A stretch of DNA of 64,000 nt from Polyangiaceae bacterium (GTDB taxonomy: Bacteria; Myxococcota_A; Polyangia; Polyangiales; Polyangiaceae). Within the stretch, counting starts at the first letter, position 1, and each line of letters begins with the position of its first letter. Shown in pieces: positions 10,149 through 19,051 of the stretch. The notes beneath the pieces were generated by a model. The model was not told the origin of the DNA and searched no databases. It saw nothing but the letters and a program-made list of their open reading frames with translations. Both the position numbers and the translations under genes were made by a program. The stretch lies in contig CBDCTZ010000005.1 in assembly GCA_965222375.1 (NCBI GenBank), positions 160,001 through 224,000 on the forward strand, given 5' to 3'.

Positions 10149-11471
10149 TCATTTCGTACGATGCCGCTCGTGGTCGGCTCGAACACGGCCTGGCGCTGTG
10201 CGGCTGTTCGAATCGCTGTCCGAATCGCCTTCCAGCTTTCGCTGGCGAATGTGAATTGCGCCGTCAGGGGACTCCGGTTCGGAGTCAGCACGGAGCTCCG
10301 AGACGCCGTCGCTTGGCCGCTCGCTCGAATCGCCGTCCAACATTCGCTGGCGAATGTGAATTGTACCGTCAGCGGACTCGGATTCGGAGTCGGCGCTGAA
10401 CACGTTCACGTGACAGCTCGAAGGGCTAGCCAAATCGCTGTCCGACGTTCGCTGGCGAAGGGCAATCCTGCTCTCGATGAACTTGCGCCCAAAGAGTTTC
10501 TCCGCTTCGTAGGCGTTGTGCGCCCTGCAATAGACTCGGCCGTTGCGGGTCGTGCCTTGGCCTCCGTGGGCCCGAGCTGTTTCATGCTCGAGTTCGAGGA
10601 AGACCTTGGATTGGCAGCGCTCGCCACTGGGCGATACATACGTGCACTGCTCTCCGTCGCGCTCGTAGATTTCCCGGCGGGCTTTTCGGGAGAAGTCTCC
10701 CGGCTTCGTGCCTTTGGAGCGCCGCGGGCGCTGAGCTTTGCCCAGCTTCTTCTTCTCGATATCGGCCAAGAGCAGATCGAGCCCTTTCTCGATCACGGTC
10801 GCCAGCTCTCGCTTTGGATTCCGATGACTCGTCAGGTTGAGCGCTCGTTCCAGCTTGGCTTTGAGTGCCGACCCCGCGCAGAATTGAATGTGGAATCGCT
10901 CCGCCGACAAGGCTGACAGACGAGGCCTCGGCTCCTGTGCGCACTCGCTTGGCGACGTCGCGCTCGCGCTCGGACTGGCACTCCCGCCGCCGGGCGCATC
11001 CGCCAGCAGCGTTTGCGTGGGGATTGGCTCGATGGCGTCGGGCACGTCGCGCCGAGGAAAACGAGTTCGGATCAGCAGCTCGACTTCGGACTTGCTCTTG
11101 TCGCAGGCCTCCGCGAGCAATTCGGCGTGGTTTGCGACAGTCAGGGACGTCTGCAACATGCTGAGCGCAGTCACATGGATCCGCCCCTCCCTCAGCAGTT
11201 CCAGAACCATCGGATATTTGCGAGCGACCCGAGCCGCGGCGATGTGTCGATGAGCGGCGCCCTCGCTGAGCTTCAACTTGCGACAGCAGAAGTCGCGCAT
11301 GGACGAGTAGGCTTCTCGCAGCTCCAGCCGACGCGCTTCCACCTCACCGAGGTAGGCGACGAGCTCGGCGGTGACCCGCCTCCGAGTGCCGATCACGTGG
11401 GTCAGATTTGTCAGGACTTCGCTATCAGAGAGATGAGCGATTCGCGTCGAAGGGCAGGCGTCGAGGGGCAT
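10149..11471 (-). CDS. DUF222-like HNH endonuclease
   Basis: Helical N-terminus LSDSEVL...YSSMRDFC...LSEGAA; RREIYERDGEQC...C...LELEH...GG...N...CRAHN HNH motif; start at MPLDA (11471). Confidence 0.85.
   Translation of the reverse strand: MPLDACPSTRIAHLSDSEVLTNLTHVIGTRRRVTAELVAYLGEVEARRLELREAYSSMRDFCCRKLKLSEGAAHRHIAAARVARKYPMVLELLREGRIHVTALSMLQTSLTVANHAELLAEACDKSKSEVELLIRTRFPRRDVPDAIEPIPTQTLLADAPGGGSASPSASATSPSECAQEPRPRLSALSAERFHIQFCAGSALKAKLERALNLTSHRNPKRELATVIEKGLDLLLADIEKKKLGKAQRPRRSKGTKPGDFSRKARREIYERDGEQCTYVSPSGERCQSKVFLELEHETARAHGGQGTTRNGRVYCRAHNAYEAEKLFGRKFIESRIALRQRTSDSDLASPSSCHVNVFSADSESESADGTIHIRQRMLDGDSSERPSDGVSELRADSEPESPDGAIHIRQRKLEGDSDSDSNSRTAPGRVRADHERHRTK
10222..10466. repeat. 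105-bp-period repeat (2 full units + 1 partial) in the HNH gene 3' end
   Basis: TTCGCTGGCGAA at 10238, 10343 and 10448. Confidence 0.85.
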
Positions 11472-11837
11472 GCCTACTGGCTTAGCACGCACTTTTTTGT
11501 CCTCTGAGCTCGCGCGCTGCGCTGCGAACGGCGTCCCGATCAGCGCGCAAACCGATTCGCCACGAAAAGCGCACGAACAGGTTCTACAGGCTTGGCAATC
11601 ACCTACGTAGTGGCGCCTTGCGACGATCGAAAGCTCGGGTCGCGAAAACCTGTCAAGAGCAAAATGCACGATGTCAAAGCAAAGTGAAAATGTCGCCCTT
11701 AACTGCAACGTGAAAGTGTCGCCTCTCGGTATCATTGTGGTTGTTTCTGAGTTGTGTTCGCCTTGTTTGGCTGAGCTTGGTCTTGGGCGGAGAACTGAGT
11801 CGTTGCCTGACTTGCAGTTGACCGTAGCTCAAGCACT

Positions 11838-12220
11838 CCGCTGAACACCGTGGCGCCGGCGCCCCGGCGGAGCTGCGAATGAGGCGGGCCCACCAAAGGC
11901 CCGCCCGCAGCGGAGCCACTTCCAGTCGGATCCACGCTGTCGCCGGCGCGGATCTCCGCAACTCAGCATTGCGATCGCCCGACAAGTTGTTCCCGCCCGA
12001 TGGGGGGGCGCCGTACAGAATTTGAGCAACTGACGTCTGCAGTGTGCCGACCAAGTTGCCCCCCCACCCTGGGACGTTTGTGTCTGCAGCTTGTTACGAG
12101 CCCGCCGCTCTCTCTATCAGCCTTCCGAGTCGTCCCCTGGAGGCCTCGCCCATACGCGCTCCGCGAGGAACTCCCGATGACGTCAAGATCCGGCACATCC
12201 CCAAAAAAAAGCCAAAACCA
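11838..12220 (-). repeat. Copy B of the long structured non-coding element, upstream of the HNH gene
   Basis: Reverse complement matches copy A, e.g. CCCAGGGTGGGRGGGCAACTTGGTCGGCACA and GGCGGGCCTTTGG..GGCCCGCC. Confidence 0.8.
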
Positions 12221-12227
12221 ATCTGCC

Positions 12228-12400
12228 TCAACCCACGCCAGTCACGGCGTGCCGCCGCTTCGGGATGTCGCGCCGCGAGGACGAACTTCCGTCGACCCAC
12301 GCCAATCACGGCGTGCCCCCACTCTCGGGATATCGCGCTGCGTAGAGAAACTTCCGTCAACCGGGGCCAGCGCAGCGCCGCCACTCTCGGGATACCGCGC
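12228..12400. repeat. ~64-65-bp tandem repeat, ~2.6 copies, with hairpin CACGCC-N6-GGCGTG
   Basis: Units start at 12228, 12292 and 12357. Confidence 0.75.
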
Positions 12401-12555
12401 TCACGCGGCGTGCCATTGCCAAGTGGGTGGGCGTTGTCGGGCGGGCGACGCCGTGGTCGCATCGTGCGCCACCATGCAGAGCCCTGCAGATTTCACGCGT
12501 TCCGCAGTCGCTGACAGACGCGGCTCGACACCACGCGGGTGCGACGAGCCGTGGT

Positions 12556-13305
12556 TCAACACGGCGGCGAAATACACTCCCATTGGGGCACCAACCCCTG
12601 ACCGGGCTCCTCCGACTGGCGGTAAACGCAGCTGCAGGTTGGAGCGCAGAACCCGGTGTACTGGCACTGCTGGCCCAGTACCGGACAACTAGCGCCCGTC
12701 TGCGCCTGGCTCGGGCACGGCGGATCGGCACAGGCCACGCTCTTGGCGCAGGACCATTTGCCCTGCACGCAATTGCATAGCGGACCACAACTGCCCTCGG
12801 GCAGGCACTGGAAGTTCGTGTTCCCACAGGGCTTGCCGTCGAGCTCGTAGTCGTCCGGCAAGCCATCCCATGGCTCCGGGATATCCTCTCCCCCACCCTC
12901 GCAGCTCCACTCGCCCGTAATGCCGCAACTGCAATCCCAGAAGTTGTTCTGGCACACGGCGCCCAACGCTCCACACTTCTTGCTCGGTCCGGCGCAGGAA
13001 TCCACCTTGATGAACGCGCCGCCAACGCAGTGCCACTGTTCGCAAGGCACGCCGAAGGCGCAGACCGCACCCTCTGGGTCGCAAGCCGCCCCGAAGTTCG
13101 GTTCGCTCGATGGACAACCGAGGTTCAGCCCGCCACCACCACCACCGCTGCCCCCGCTGGCAGTGCTGCCGCCAAAGCCGGCGGTTGCCGCTCCGCCCGA
13201 CGTGCCAGCATTACCGCCGCTGCCGGCGCTGGGGTCGCTGGTGACCAGTCCACAAGAGATCAACCCGAGGGCTCCAGCCCCGACCCCAACTCGCCGCCAC
13301 CACAT
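12556..13305 (-). CDS. Cys-rich lipoprotein with Gly-rich linker
   Basis: LISC lipobox; GGSGG linker; repeated C-x-C...W-x-C modules. Confidence 0.75.
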   Translation of the reverse strand: MWWRRVGVGAGALGLISCGLVTSDPSAGSGGNAGTSGGAATAGFGGSTASGGSGGGGGGLNLGCPSSEPNFGAACDPEGAVCAFGVPCEQWHCVGGAFIKVDSCAGPSKKCGALGAVCQNNFWDCSCGITGEWSCEGGGEDIPEPWDGLPDDYELDGKPCGNTNFQCLPEGSCGPLCNCVQGKWSCAKSVACADPPCPSQAQTGASCPVLGQQCQYTGFCAPTCSCVYRQSEEPGQGLVPQWECISPPC

Positions 13306-13402
13306 GGCCCCAGCTTACGCTCAGGGCCGCCCAGGTGCACGCACCCGCGTGCATGTAGTGGACGCGCTCCGCGCCGCAGCCCCGGGCGCCCCGGTTCGGC
13401 CC

Positions 13403-14206
13403 TTACTCCCGAGTCTGGATCTGCTCCGCCCGGAGTTGATGCCGCTCATTGAACAACCGAGAGAACACGAACAAGGCCACGCCCATGGCACCCAGAGACG
13501 TGGCTGCCGCGATCATGAACATCACCACGATCTGATATTTCACGGCAGCGAGGGGGTCTGCGCCTTGCAGGATCTGCCCCGTCATCATGCCCGGCAGAGA
13601 CACGATCCCCACGACAGTCATGCTGTTCAGGATCGGGATCATGCCGCGTCGCACTGCCTCTCGCAGCGGATCCCGCGCCGCCTCCCAACGCGTGGCTCCG
13701 AGCGCGAGCTCCATCTCGACTCGACCCCGTTGCTCGTCCAAGTCCGAAAGTAGCCCATCCAGCGCCAGGGAAACCCCGGTCAAAGAATTGCCCAGCACCA
13801 TGCCCAAGAGTGGGATCACGTATTGCGCGTGATACCAAGGCTCGACGCCGATGATCACAGCGGTCACAGTGAACGTGGTCAAAAGGCCCGTCAGCACCAA
13901 GGTCACGAACGCTCCGACTTGAGCCCCAGCAATGCTTCGACTCGACCGCGTGACCGCCGCCCGCCCCGCTGCGCCGGTCATGACCAGCAGCACGCCAAAC
14001 AGCACCCAGGGCGACTCGATCCGAAACACCCAGGCCAACACGTAGCCAACCAGAAGCAACTGAACCACCGTGCGCAGTGACGCCACCGCGAGCTTGAACT
14101 CGAGCTTCAGGCGCAAGAGCACCGACACGCCCGCAGCCGCCAGCACCAATAGTGCGGCCACCGCGAGCTGCATCGGCCCCAGAGGTAGCGCCCCACTCTC
14201 AGGCAT
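13403..14206 (-). CDS. fetB: ABC transporter permease, FetB/YbbM (UPF0014) family
   Basis: RTVVQLLLVGYVL, YVIPLLGMVLGNS and GIVSLPGMMTGQILQGADPLAAVKYQ motifs. Confidence 0.9.
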   Translation of the reverse strand: MPESGALPLGPMQLAVAALLVLAAAGVSVLLRLKLEFKLAVASLRTVVQLLLVGYVLAWVFRIESPWVLFGVLLVMTGAAGRAAVTRSSRSIAGAQVGAFVTLVLTGLLTTFTVTAVIIGVEPWYHAQYVIPLLGMVLGNSLTGVSLALDGLLSDLDEQRGRVEMELALGATRWEAARDPLREAVRRGMIPILNSMTVVGIVSLPGMMTGQILQGADPLAAVKYQIVVMFMIAAATSLGAMGVALFVFSRLFNERHQLRAEQIQTRE

Positions 14207-14861
14207 CTTTACCCCCGGCCCCGAAGGCCTTCAAGTCGACCTGGGTATCCGTCAGCCGCGCGATCTGAGCTGGATCGTGACTCACGACCACGCCGCCCAA
14301 GCCGCCTTCGGTCCGCGCCTTCAGCCAAGTTTCGACGGCCTCGACGCTCTCGGTGTCCAGCGCACTCGTCGGCTCATCGAGGAGCAACACCTCCGGACCG
14401 ATGCCGATCCCGCGCACCAAGGCCACGCGCTGCTGCTCACCGACGGACAAGCTCCGCGCGTCTTGCTCCAACACGCCGGGTTCGAGGCCCATCTGTTCGA
14501 GCTGCCGCGCCGCCACAGACGCGTCAAACTCACGACGGGCGTTGGCGTAACAGAACGGACGCTCGAGGTTGTCGCGCACGGTTCCCTTGAGCATCACCGC
14601 GTGCTGCGCCAAGTAGGTGACCTTGCTGCGCCACTGCGGGTACGGGATGTCGCCGAGCTTTTCGCCCGAGAGCAGGAACTCCCCTGCATCAGGATCCCTG
14701 AGCCCAGCGACGGCGCGAAGCAATTGGGTCTTGCCGCTGCCGCTGGGTCCCACCACGCCCAGCCACATGCCCTCACGCACGCTCAGCGACAGGTCGCGAA
14801 ACAGTGTGCGACCAGGCACACTGAGCGTCACCCCGCGGGCCGAGAGCAGCGTCACGGGCAA
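14199..14861 (-). CDS. fetA: ABC transporter ATPase, FetA/YbbL-like
   Basis: GPSGSGKT, LSVGEQQR, LLLDEPT; overlaps the fetB start. Confidence 0.85.
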   Translation of the reverse strand: MPVTLLSARGVTLSVPGRTLFRDLSLSVREGMWLGVVGPSGSGKTQLLRAVAGLRDPDAGEFLLSGEKLGDIPYPQWRSKVTYLAQHAVMLKGTVRDNLERPFCYANARREFDASVAARQLEQMGLEPGVLEQDARSLSVGEQQRVALVRGIGIGPEVLLLDEPTSALDTESVEAVETWLKARTEGGLGGVVVSHDPAQIARLTDTQVDLKAFGAGGKDA

Positions 14862-14909
14862 TTTGGTAGCACGACGCTTGCGCTAGCGGGAATTTGGTAT
14901 GCTGAGCGG

Positions 14910-16157
14910 ATGAAGCGAGCATGGTTTGCCCTCCTGGCCCTGTCCCTGGTGGCGTGTTCCAGCGACGACGACAGCGGCGGCGGGGGCACGGGCGCCACGA
15001 GTGGGAACGGTGGAAACGCCGGCGCAAGCGGCAGCGCTGGAAGCGGTGGCAGCGGCGGGGGCGCAGCGGGCTCCGGCGGTGCAGCGGGCTCCGGCGGCAG
15101 CTCCGGCGCGGCCACCGGCGGCGCCCCCGGCAAGAGCGTGACTTACGTCTACGTCGGCAGTAGCAAGTCCGGCACTGACAACATCGATCGCTTCAGTCTC
15201 GATCCCACCAGCGGCAAGCTCACTGCCCTGGGCAAGACCACCGCCGGCGGAACCGCGAGCTTCATGGCCCTGCACCCGTCCCTCGATTACCTCTACGTCG
15301 CGGACACCCAGAACGACGAGGCCCACGCCTTCTCCCTCGATCGCAACACGGGCGCTTTGACCGCCAAGGGAAAAATCGGTCTGAGCGGCGCTCCGGTCCA
15401 TTTGTCCGTCGATAACCTCGGCAATCACCTGCTTTCCGCCTACTACGGTGCCGGCAAAGCCGACGTCGTGTCCCTCAAGAGCGACGGCACCCTGAGTGCC
15501 ATCACCGACACCAAGTCCCCGGGCAACAAGAGCCACGCCATCGTGCTCGATCCTTCCGGCGCCTACGTCTTCGTGCCCAACAACGGCAGCAACACGATCT
15601 CGCAGTACAAATACGACTCCACCACCGGCAAGCTGACGGACAACACGCCCAAGAATGTCACCACTACCGACGGCCCCCGGCACATGGAGTTCCACCCGTC
15701 CAAAGACTTCGCCTACGTGATGAACGAGCAAGGCACGAGCATGACCGCTTACGCCTTCGACGCCTCCAAGGGCACCCTCAGCGAAATCGAAACCGAAGAA
15801 AGCCTGCCCAGCAGCGTCACCACGCCTAGCACCGGCGCCGACGTGCACGTGCACCCGAGCGGCAAGTTCGTCTACGGCTCCAACCGCTCCGGCAGTGAAA
15901 GCACCCTCGTCATCTACAGCATCGACCAGAACAGCGGCGCCCTGTCCTTGGTCGGTCATGAAAGCACGCGTGGTGGCCACCCTCGCAACTTCGAAATCGA
16001 CCCCTCCGGCCGCGTATTGCTCGTCGCCAACCGCGACTCGGACAACGTCGTCACCTTCCTGATCGACGACGCCACCGGCAAGCTCACTTTCGTCGAAGAA
16101 AAGACGGTCGTGGACTCCCCCTTCTTCGTGGGCGCCTATCGCTTCAGCCTGCCGTAA
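14910..16157 (+). CDS. Lactonase-family 7-bladed propeller lipoprotein (6-phosphogluconolactonase-like)
   Basis: LVAC lipobox; GPRHMEFHP, GKFVYGSNR, PRNFEIDPSG motifs. Confidence 0.85.
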   Translation: MKRAWFALLALSLVACSSDDDSGGGGTGATSGNGGNAGASGSAGSGGSGGGAAGSGGAAGSGGSSGAATGGAPGKSVTYVYVGSSKSGTDNIDRFSLDPTSGKLTALGKTTAGGTASFMALHPSLDYLYVADTQNDEAHAFSLDRNTGALTAKGKIGLSGAPVHLSVDNLGNHLLSAYYGAGKADVVSLKSDGTLSAITDTKSPGNKSHAIVLDPSGAYVFVPNNGSNTISQYKYDSTTGKLTDNTPKNVTTTDGPRHMEFHPSKDFAYVMNEQGTSMTAYAFDASKGTLSEIETEESLPSSVTTPSTGADVHVHPSGKFVYGSNRSGSESTLVIYSIDQNSGALSLVGHESTRGGHPRNFEIDPSGRVLLVANRDSDNVVTFLIDDATGKLTFVEEKTVVDSPFFVGAYRFSLP

Positions 16158-16520
16158 CCCTTTCCCCCTCGGGGTTATTTGGTTGGTTTGGGGTCGCGGC
16201 TTTGGAGCGGCAATGGGCCACTACTCTCGAGCTGGGCCATGCGAGACGCGCCCGCGGCGTGGGCATGAGCGTGGGCGTGAGGGCGAGGGTGGGCGTGGGC
16301 GGCACGTGAAGGGGTGCTCTGGATCGTGCTCGTCAGTTCTCGGGTGTGGCTGCTTTCATTGGTGGGTTTGATCCTGCCATCGGGCTCGGTCGGTTCAAGG
16401 CCTTCGCCGGCTGCGCCGGTGGCTGCTGCGCAGCCAGCCTTGAGCCGACCTCGACCCGATGGCGGAGGGGGTGGGTGTTGTTTTGAAAGCGCGCGCTTGG
16501 GCGCGCAGGAAGGAACCTCC

Positions 16521-16844
16521 ATGCTCCGTATCTATCCAGTCAGTATTCAAGTTGCTCGCGAGTGCCGGCCCTTGGTTGATCGCATTGCGCGCTTTGATAG
16601 GGCGGCGGCGGTGCAGCTGCGCAAGTCGCTTGGCTCCATCGTGAACAACCTCGCGGAAGGCTCTGGGCTCAGAGCTGGGCGGCGAAGGCTCGCCTACGAA
16701 ATCGCGCTGGGGGAAGCGCGTGAAGCGCTTGCGAACCTCGAGTTCGCCGAAGCCATGAAGTATGCGCCACCCGTGTCTCCCGAACTGCGAGCGGACTTCA
16801 ATCACATCATCGGCACCCTCGTGAGACTCGTGCACCGCCCATAA
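16521..16844 (+). CDS. Four-helix-bundle protein (23S rRNA IVP / TIGR02436-like)
   Basis: QLRKSLGSIVNNLAEGSG...ALGEAREA pattern; AGGA RBS. Confidence 0.85.
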   Translation: MLRIYPVSIQVARECRPLVDRIARFDRAAAVQLRKSLGSIVNNLAEGSGLRAGRRRLAYEIALGEAREALANLEFAEAMKYAPPVSPELRADFNHIIGTLVRLVHRP

Positions 16845-16898
16845 GGTCCCGCGCACCACCGAGTTCCCGACTTGATGGAACTCAGCGCGAACTGCCGG

Positions 16899-18149
16899 CT
16901 AGTCGTGCAGCACTTCGAATTGGTCGACGGTGCCGGGAATGACAGCGGTCTTGAACTCGCCGCGAACCTTCTTCGGATTGCCGTCCACCCCGAAGGTGAG
17001 GAAGGTGATGCCGGAGGGATTCAGGGAGTTGTAGGCGCTCTGCCCGACGCCGTTCTTCATCACCCAGTCGTTGGTGAACATCGTCGCCCACCACGTTTCG
17101 CCATTGTGGAGGTTGTCGGCGTAAGCACGCAGGCTCTTGCCCCCCATTCCCGAGACCACCACGAAGGTCTTGCCGGGACCGACGGCAAGCTTGGAAAACG
17201 AGCCCGTCGCTCCGTGTTGCGCCGCTGCGTTGCCAATGTTGGTCATGGTGCGGGTCCGGGCGTAGGAGTGCTCGTGACCGGTGGTGATGATCGCCCCGCC
17301 CGTTTGGCATGCCTGGTAAGCGGCCCAGCCAACTTCGTCTTTCTTCGTGCCAATCTGCATCTGGCGCTGGTTCTTGTGCCAGCCGCACACCTTCCAAAGA
17401 TGCTTGCTGGCGGCGAGTTCGTTGGCGGTGAAGGACTCGTGCCCACTGCCCATGGTGCCCACGCCCGTCAGCACGAAGTGAAGTCCGCGATAAACGCAGC
17501 TCATCTGTAGCCCTGGCTTGCCGCTACAGCTCGCGCCGGAGATCGAGGCATGCTTGGCTTTGATGATCGGCTCGTACCCGGACCACTTTTTAACGTCGTG
17601 GTTACCGAGCACCGCGAACCACGGATAGCTGCTACCGAGTCCAGCATCGAGAGTCGCCTTCCACGCTGCCGGGTTATCGTCGTAGTCGAAGTCGCCCAGG
17701 ATGACGAGGAAGTCGGCGCCCTCGCTCTTGACCAACGACAGCGCAGCATGGGTGGCGAGGCCGATTCCTTGATCGCCAACAAACGCCACCTTGAGTCCCG
17801 GGTCGGTGGGGATCGCGCTGTTGCCGCCGGACCCCCCGGTGCCCGCGCCGGAACTGCCACCACTGGCAGCGCCCGCGCCGCCCCCGGTGCCACTGCCCGC
17901 GCTGCCCCCAGTGCCACTGCCCGCGCTCCCTCCCGTGCCACTGCCCGCTGAACCGCTGCTGCCGCCCGTCGCCGAGCCGCCCGTCGCCCCGGAGCCGCCC
18001 GTCGCCCCCGAGCCGCCGCTGGCCCCGGAGCCGCTGCTGCCGCCAGTGGCACTGCTACCTCCCGAGCCCGAATCGTCGTCGCTACCACACGCAAGACACG
18101 AGCTGCCGATCAGCAGCACCGCGAACGCTCCTACCCTGTTCAGACTCAT
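16899..18149 (-). CDS. Metallophosphoesterase lipoprotein
   Basis: FVGDQG, LGDFDY, GNHD and GHEHSY calcineurin-like motifs. Confidence 0.85.
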   Translation of the reverse strand: MSLNRVGAFAVLLIGSSCLACGSDDDSGSGGSSATGGSSGSGASGGSGATGGSGATGGSATGGSSGSAGSGTGGSAGSGTGGSAGSGTGGGAGAASGGSSGAGTGGSGGNSAIPTDPGLKVAFVGDQGIGLATHAALSLVKSEGADFLVILGDFDYDDNPAAWKATLDAGLGSSYPWFAVLGNHDVKKWSGYEPIIKAKHASISGASCSGKPGLQMSCVYRGLHFVLTGVGTMGSGHESFTANELAASKHLWKVCGWHKNQRQMQIGTKKDEVGWAAYQACQTGGAIITTGHEHSYARTRTMTNIGNAAAQHGATGSFSKLAVGPGKTFVVVSGMGGKSLRAYADNLHNGETWWATMFTNDWVMKNGVGQSAYNSLNPSGITFLTFGVDGNPKKVRGEFKTAVIPGTVDQFEVLHD

Positions 18150-18276
18150 TCGGACCTCCAGCGGCCGGAAGCATGTCTTCAGAATCGAAGTTTTTCAAGA
18201 CGGGCGCCGATGACCGAGCGACCAAGCTGCATTCCGACTCAACCCCCAGCCGTGCTGCTCGATGGGCTCGTCGAAG

Positions 18277-18902
18277 TCAGTCGGTCGAGGCGTCCGAAGC
18301 TCCGCCGTCCGGATCGGGCGGGAACGGCGAGCTGCAGGCGCCATCGCCGTCGCATACGCCGGTGCCACATCCTGAACCGTCGCTGCAATCGGGGTAGCAG
18401 TAGGCGACGCCCTGAAAGTCGTAGCACCGCGAACCCGTGGGGCAGCCGCCGGTCGAAACGTAGGTGGAACCGGGCGTGCATTCGATGACGCAGATCCCGC
18501 CGAGGGCGACTTCGAACGCGTCACAAATGTTGCTCGAATCCGTGCACGTGCCTTGACCATCTTGACCGTCGGGGGTGCACTTGCCGCCGTAGGCGTTGTC
18601 GGGCTGAGCGCCAATCGCGGCGCCGTTGCATCCCAGCGTGGTCCCGGCGTTGTTCTCATCAGCGGCACAGGGATCGCTCGATCCGCCGTACCACCCGTCG
18701 CGCTCGCCCCCGTACCACCCGAACTGGTGGCCCCAGTGCCCCCGGAGCCGACTGCTCCCGTTGCACCAAAGCCGCCGGTACCCGCCGCGCCAGAACCACC
18801 CGTTCCGCCACCGCCGCTACTGTCATCGGAGCTGCACGCTCCGCTGACGAGCAGAGCGCTCAGCCCCACAATCCCCACCAACCCAGCGAAACCAGTTTTC
18901 AT
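18277..18902 (-). pseudogene. Cys-rich lipoprotein with a 1-nt frameshift at ~18686 (likely sequencing error)
   Basis: MKTGF...SGACSS start; adding one G after ACG restores GGSSDPCAADENN...CYPDCSDGSGCGTGVCDGDGAC..., ending at TGA 18277. Confidence 0.75.
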
Positions 18903-19051
18903 GGCCAAACCGTTAGGAGGCCTAGGCCGCGAGGACAAGACAAGCGCCCGGAGGGCGAATCCAAGGCTCCAACCCACCTACAGGATTTCCTGGATTTTCC
19001 AGAACTTCGGAAGATGACCGGCGTCAAAAGCGTACACCGCACGAGGTACCC

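Noticed and set aside
10149..11471. IscB/Cas9-like RNA-guided nuclease
   Set aside because: No PLMP or RuvC motifs visible; the architecture is a helical DUF222-like domain plus C-terminal HNH
14070..14909. N-terminal extension of the 695-aa lactonase ORF
   Set aside because: Antisense to fetA/fetB; the signal peptide starts at 14910
16521..16844. Diversity-generating retroelement (Avd-like protein)
   Set aside because: No reverse transcriptase and no TR/VR pair with A-specific mismatches seen
17820..18070. GGC/GCC-rich DNA repeats (also ~15000-15130, 54650-54950, 60720-60830)
   Set aside because: They encode ordinary Gly/Ser/Ala linkers of myxobacterial lipoproteins
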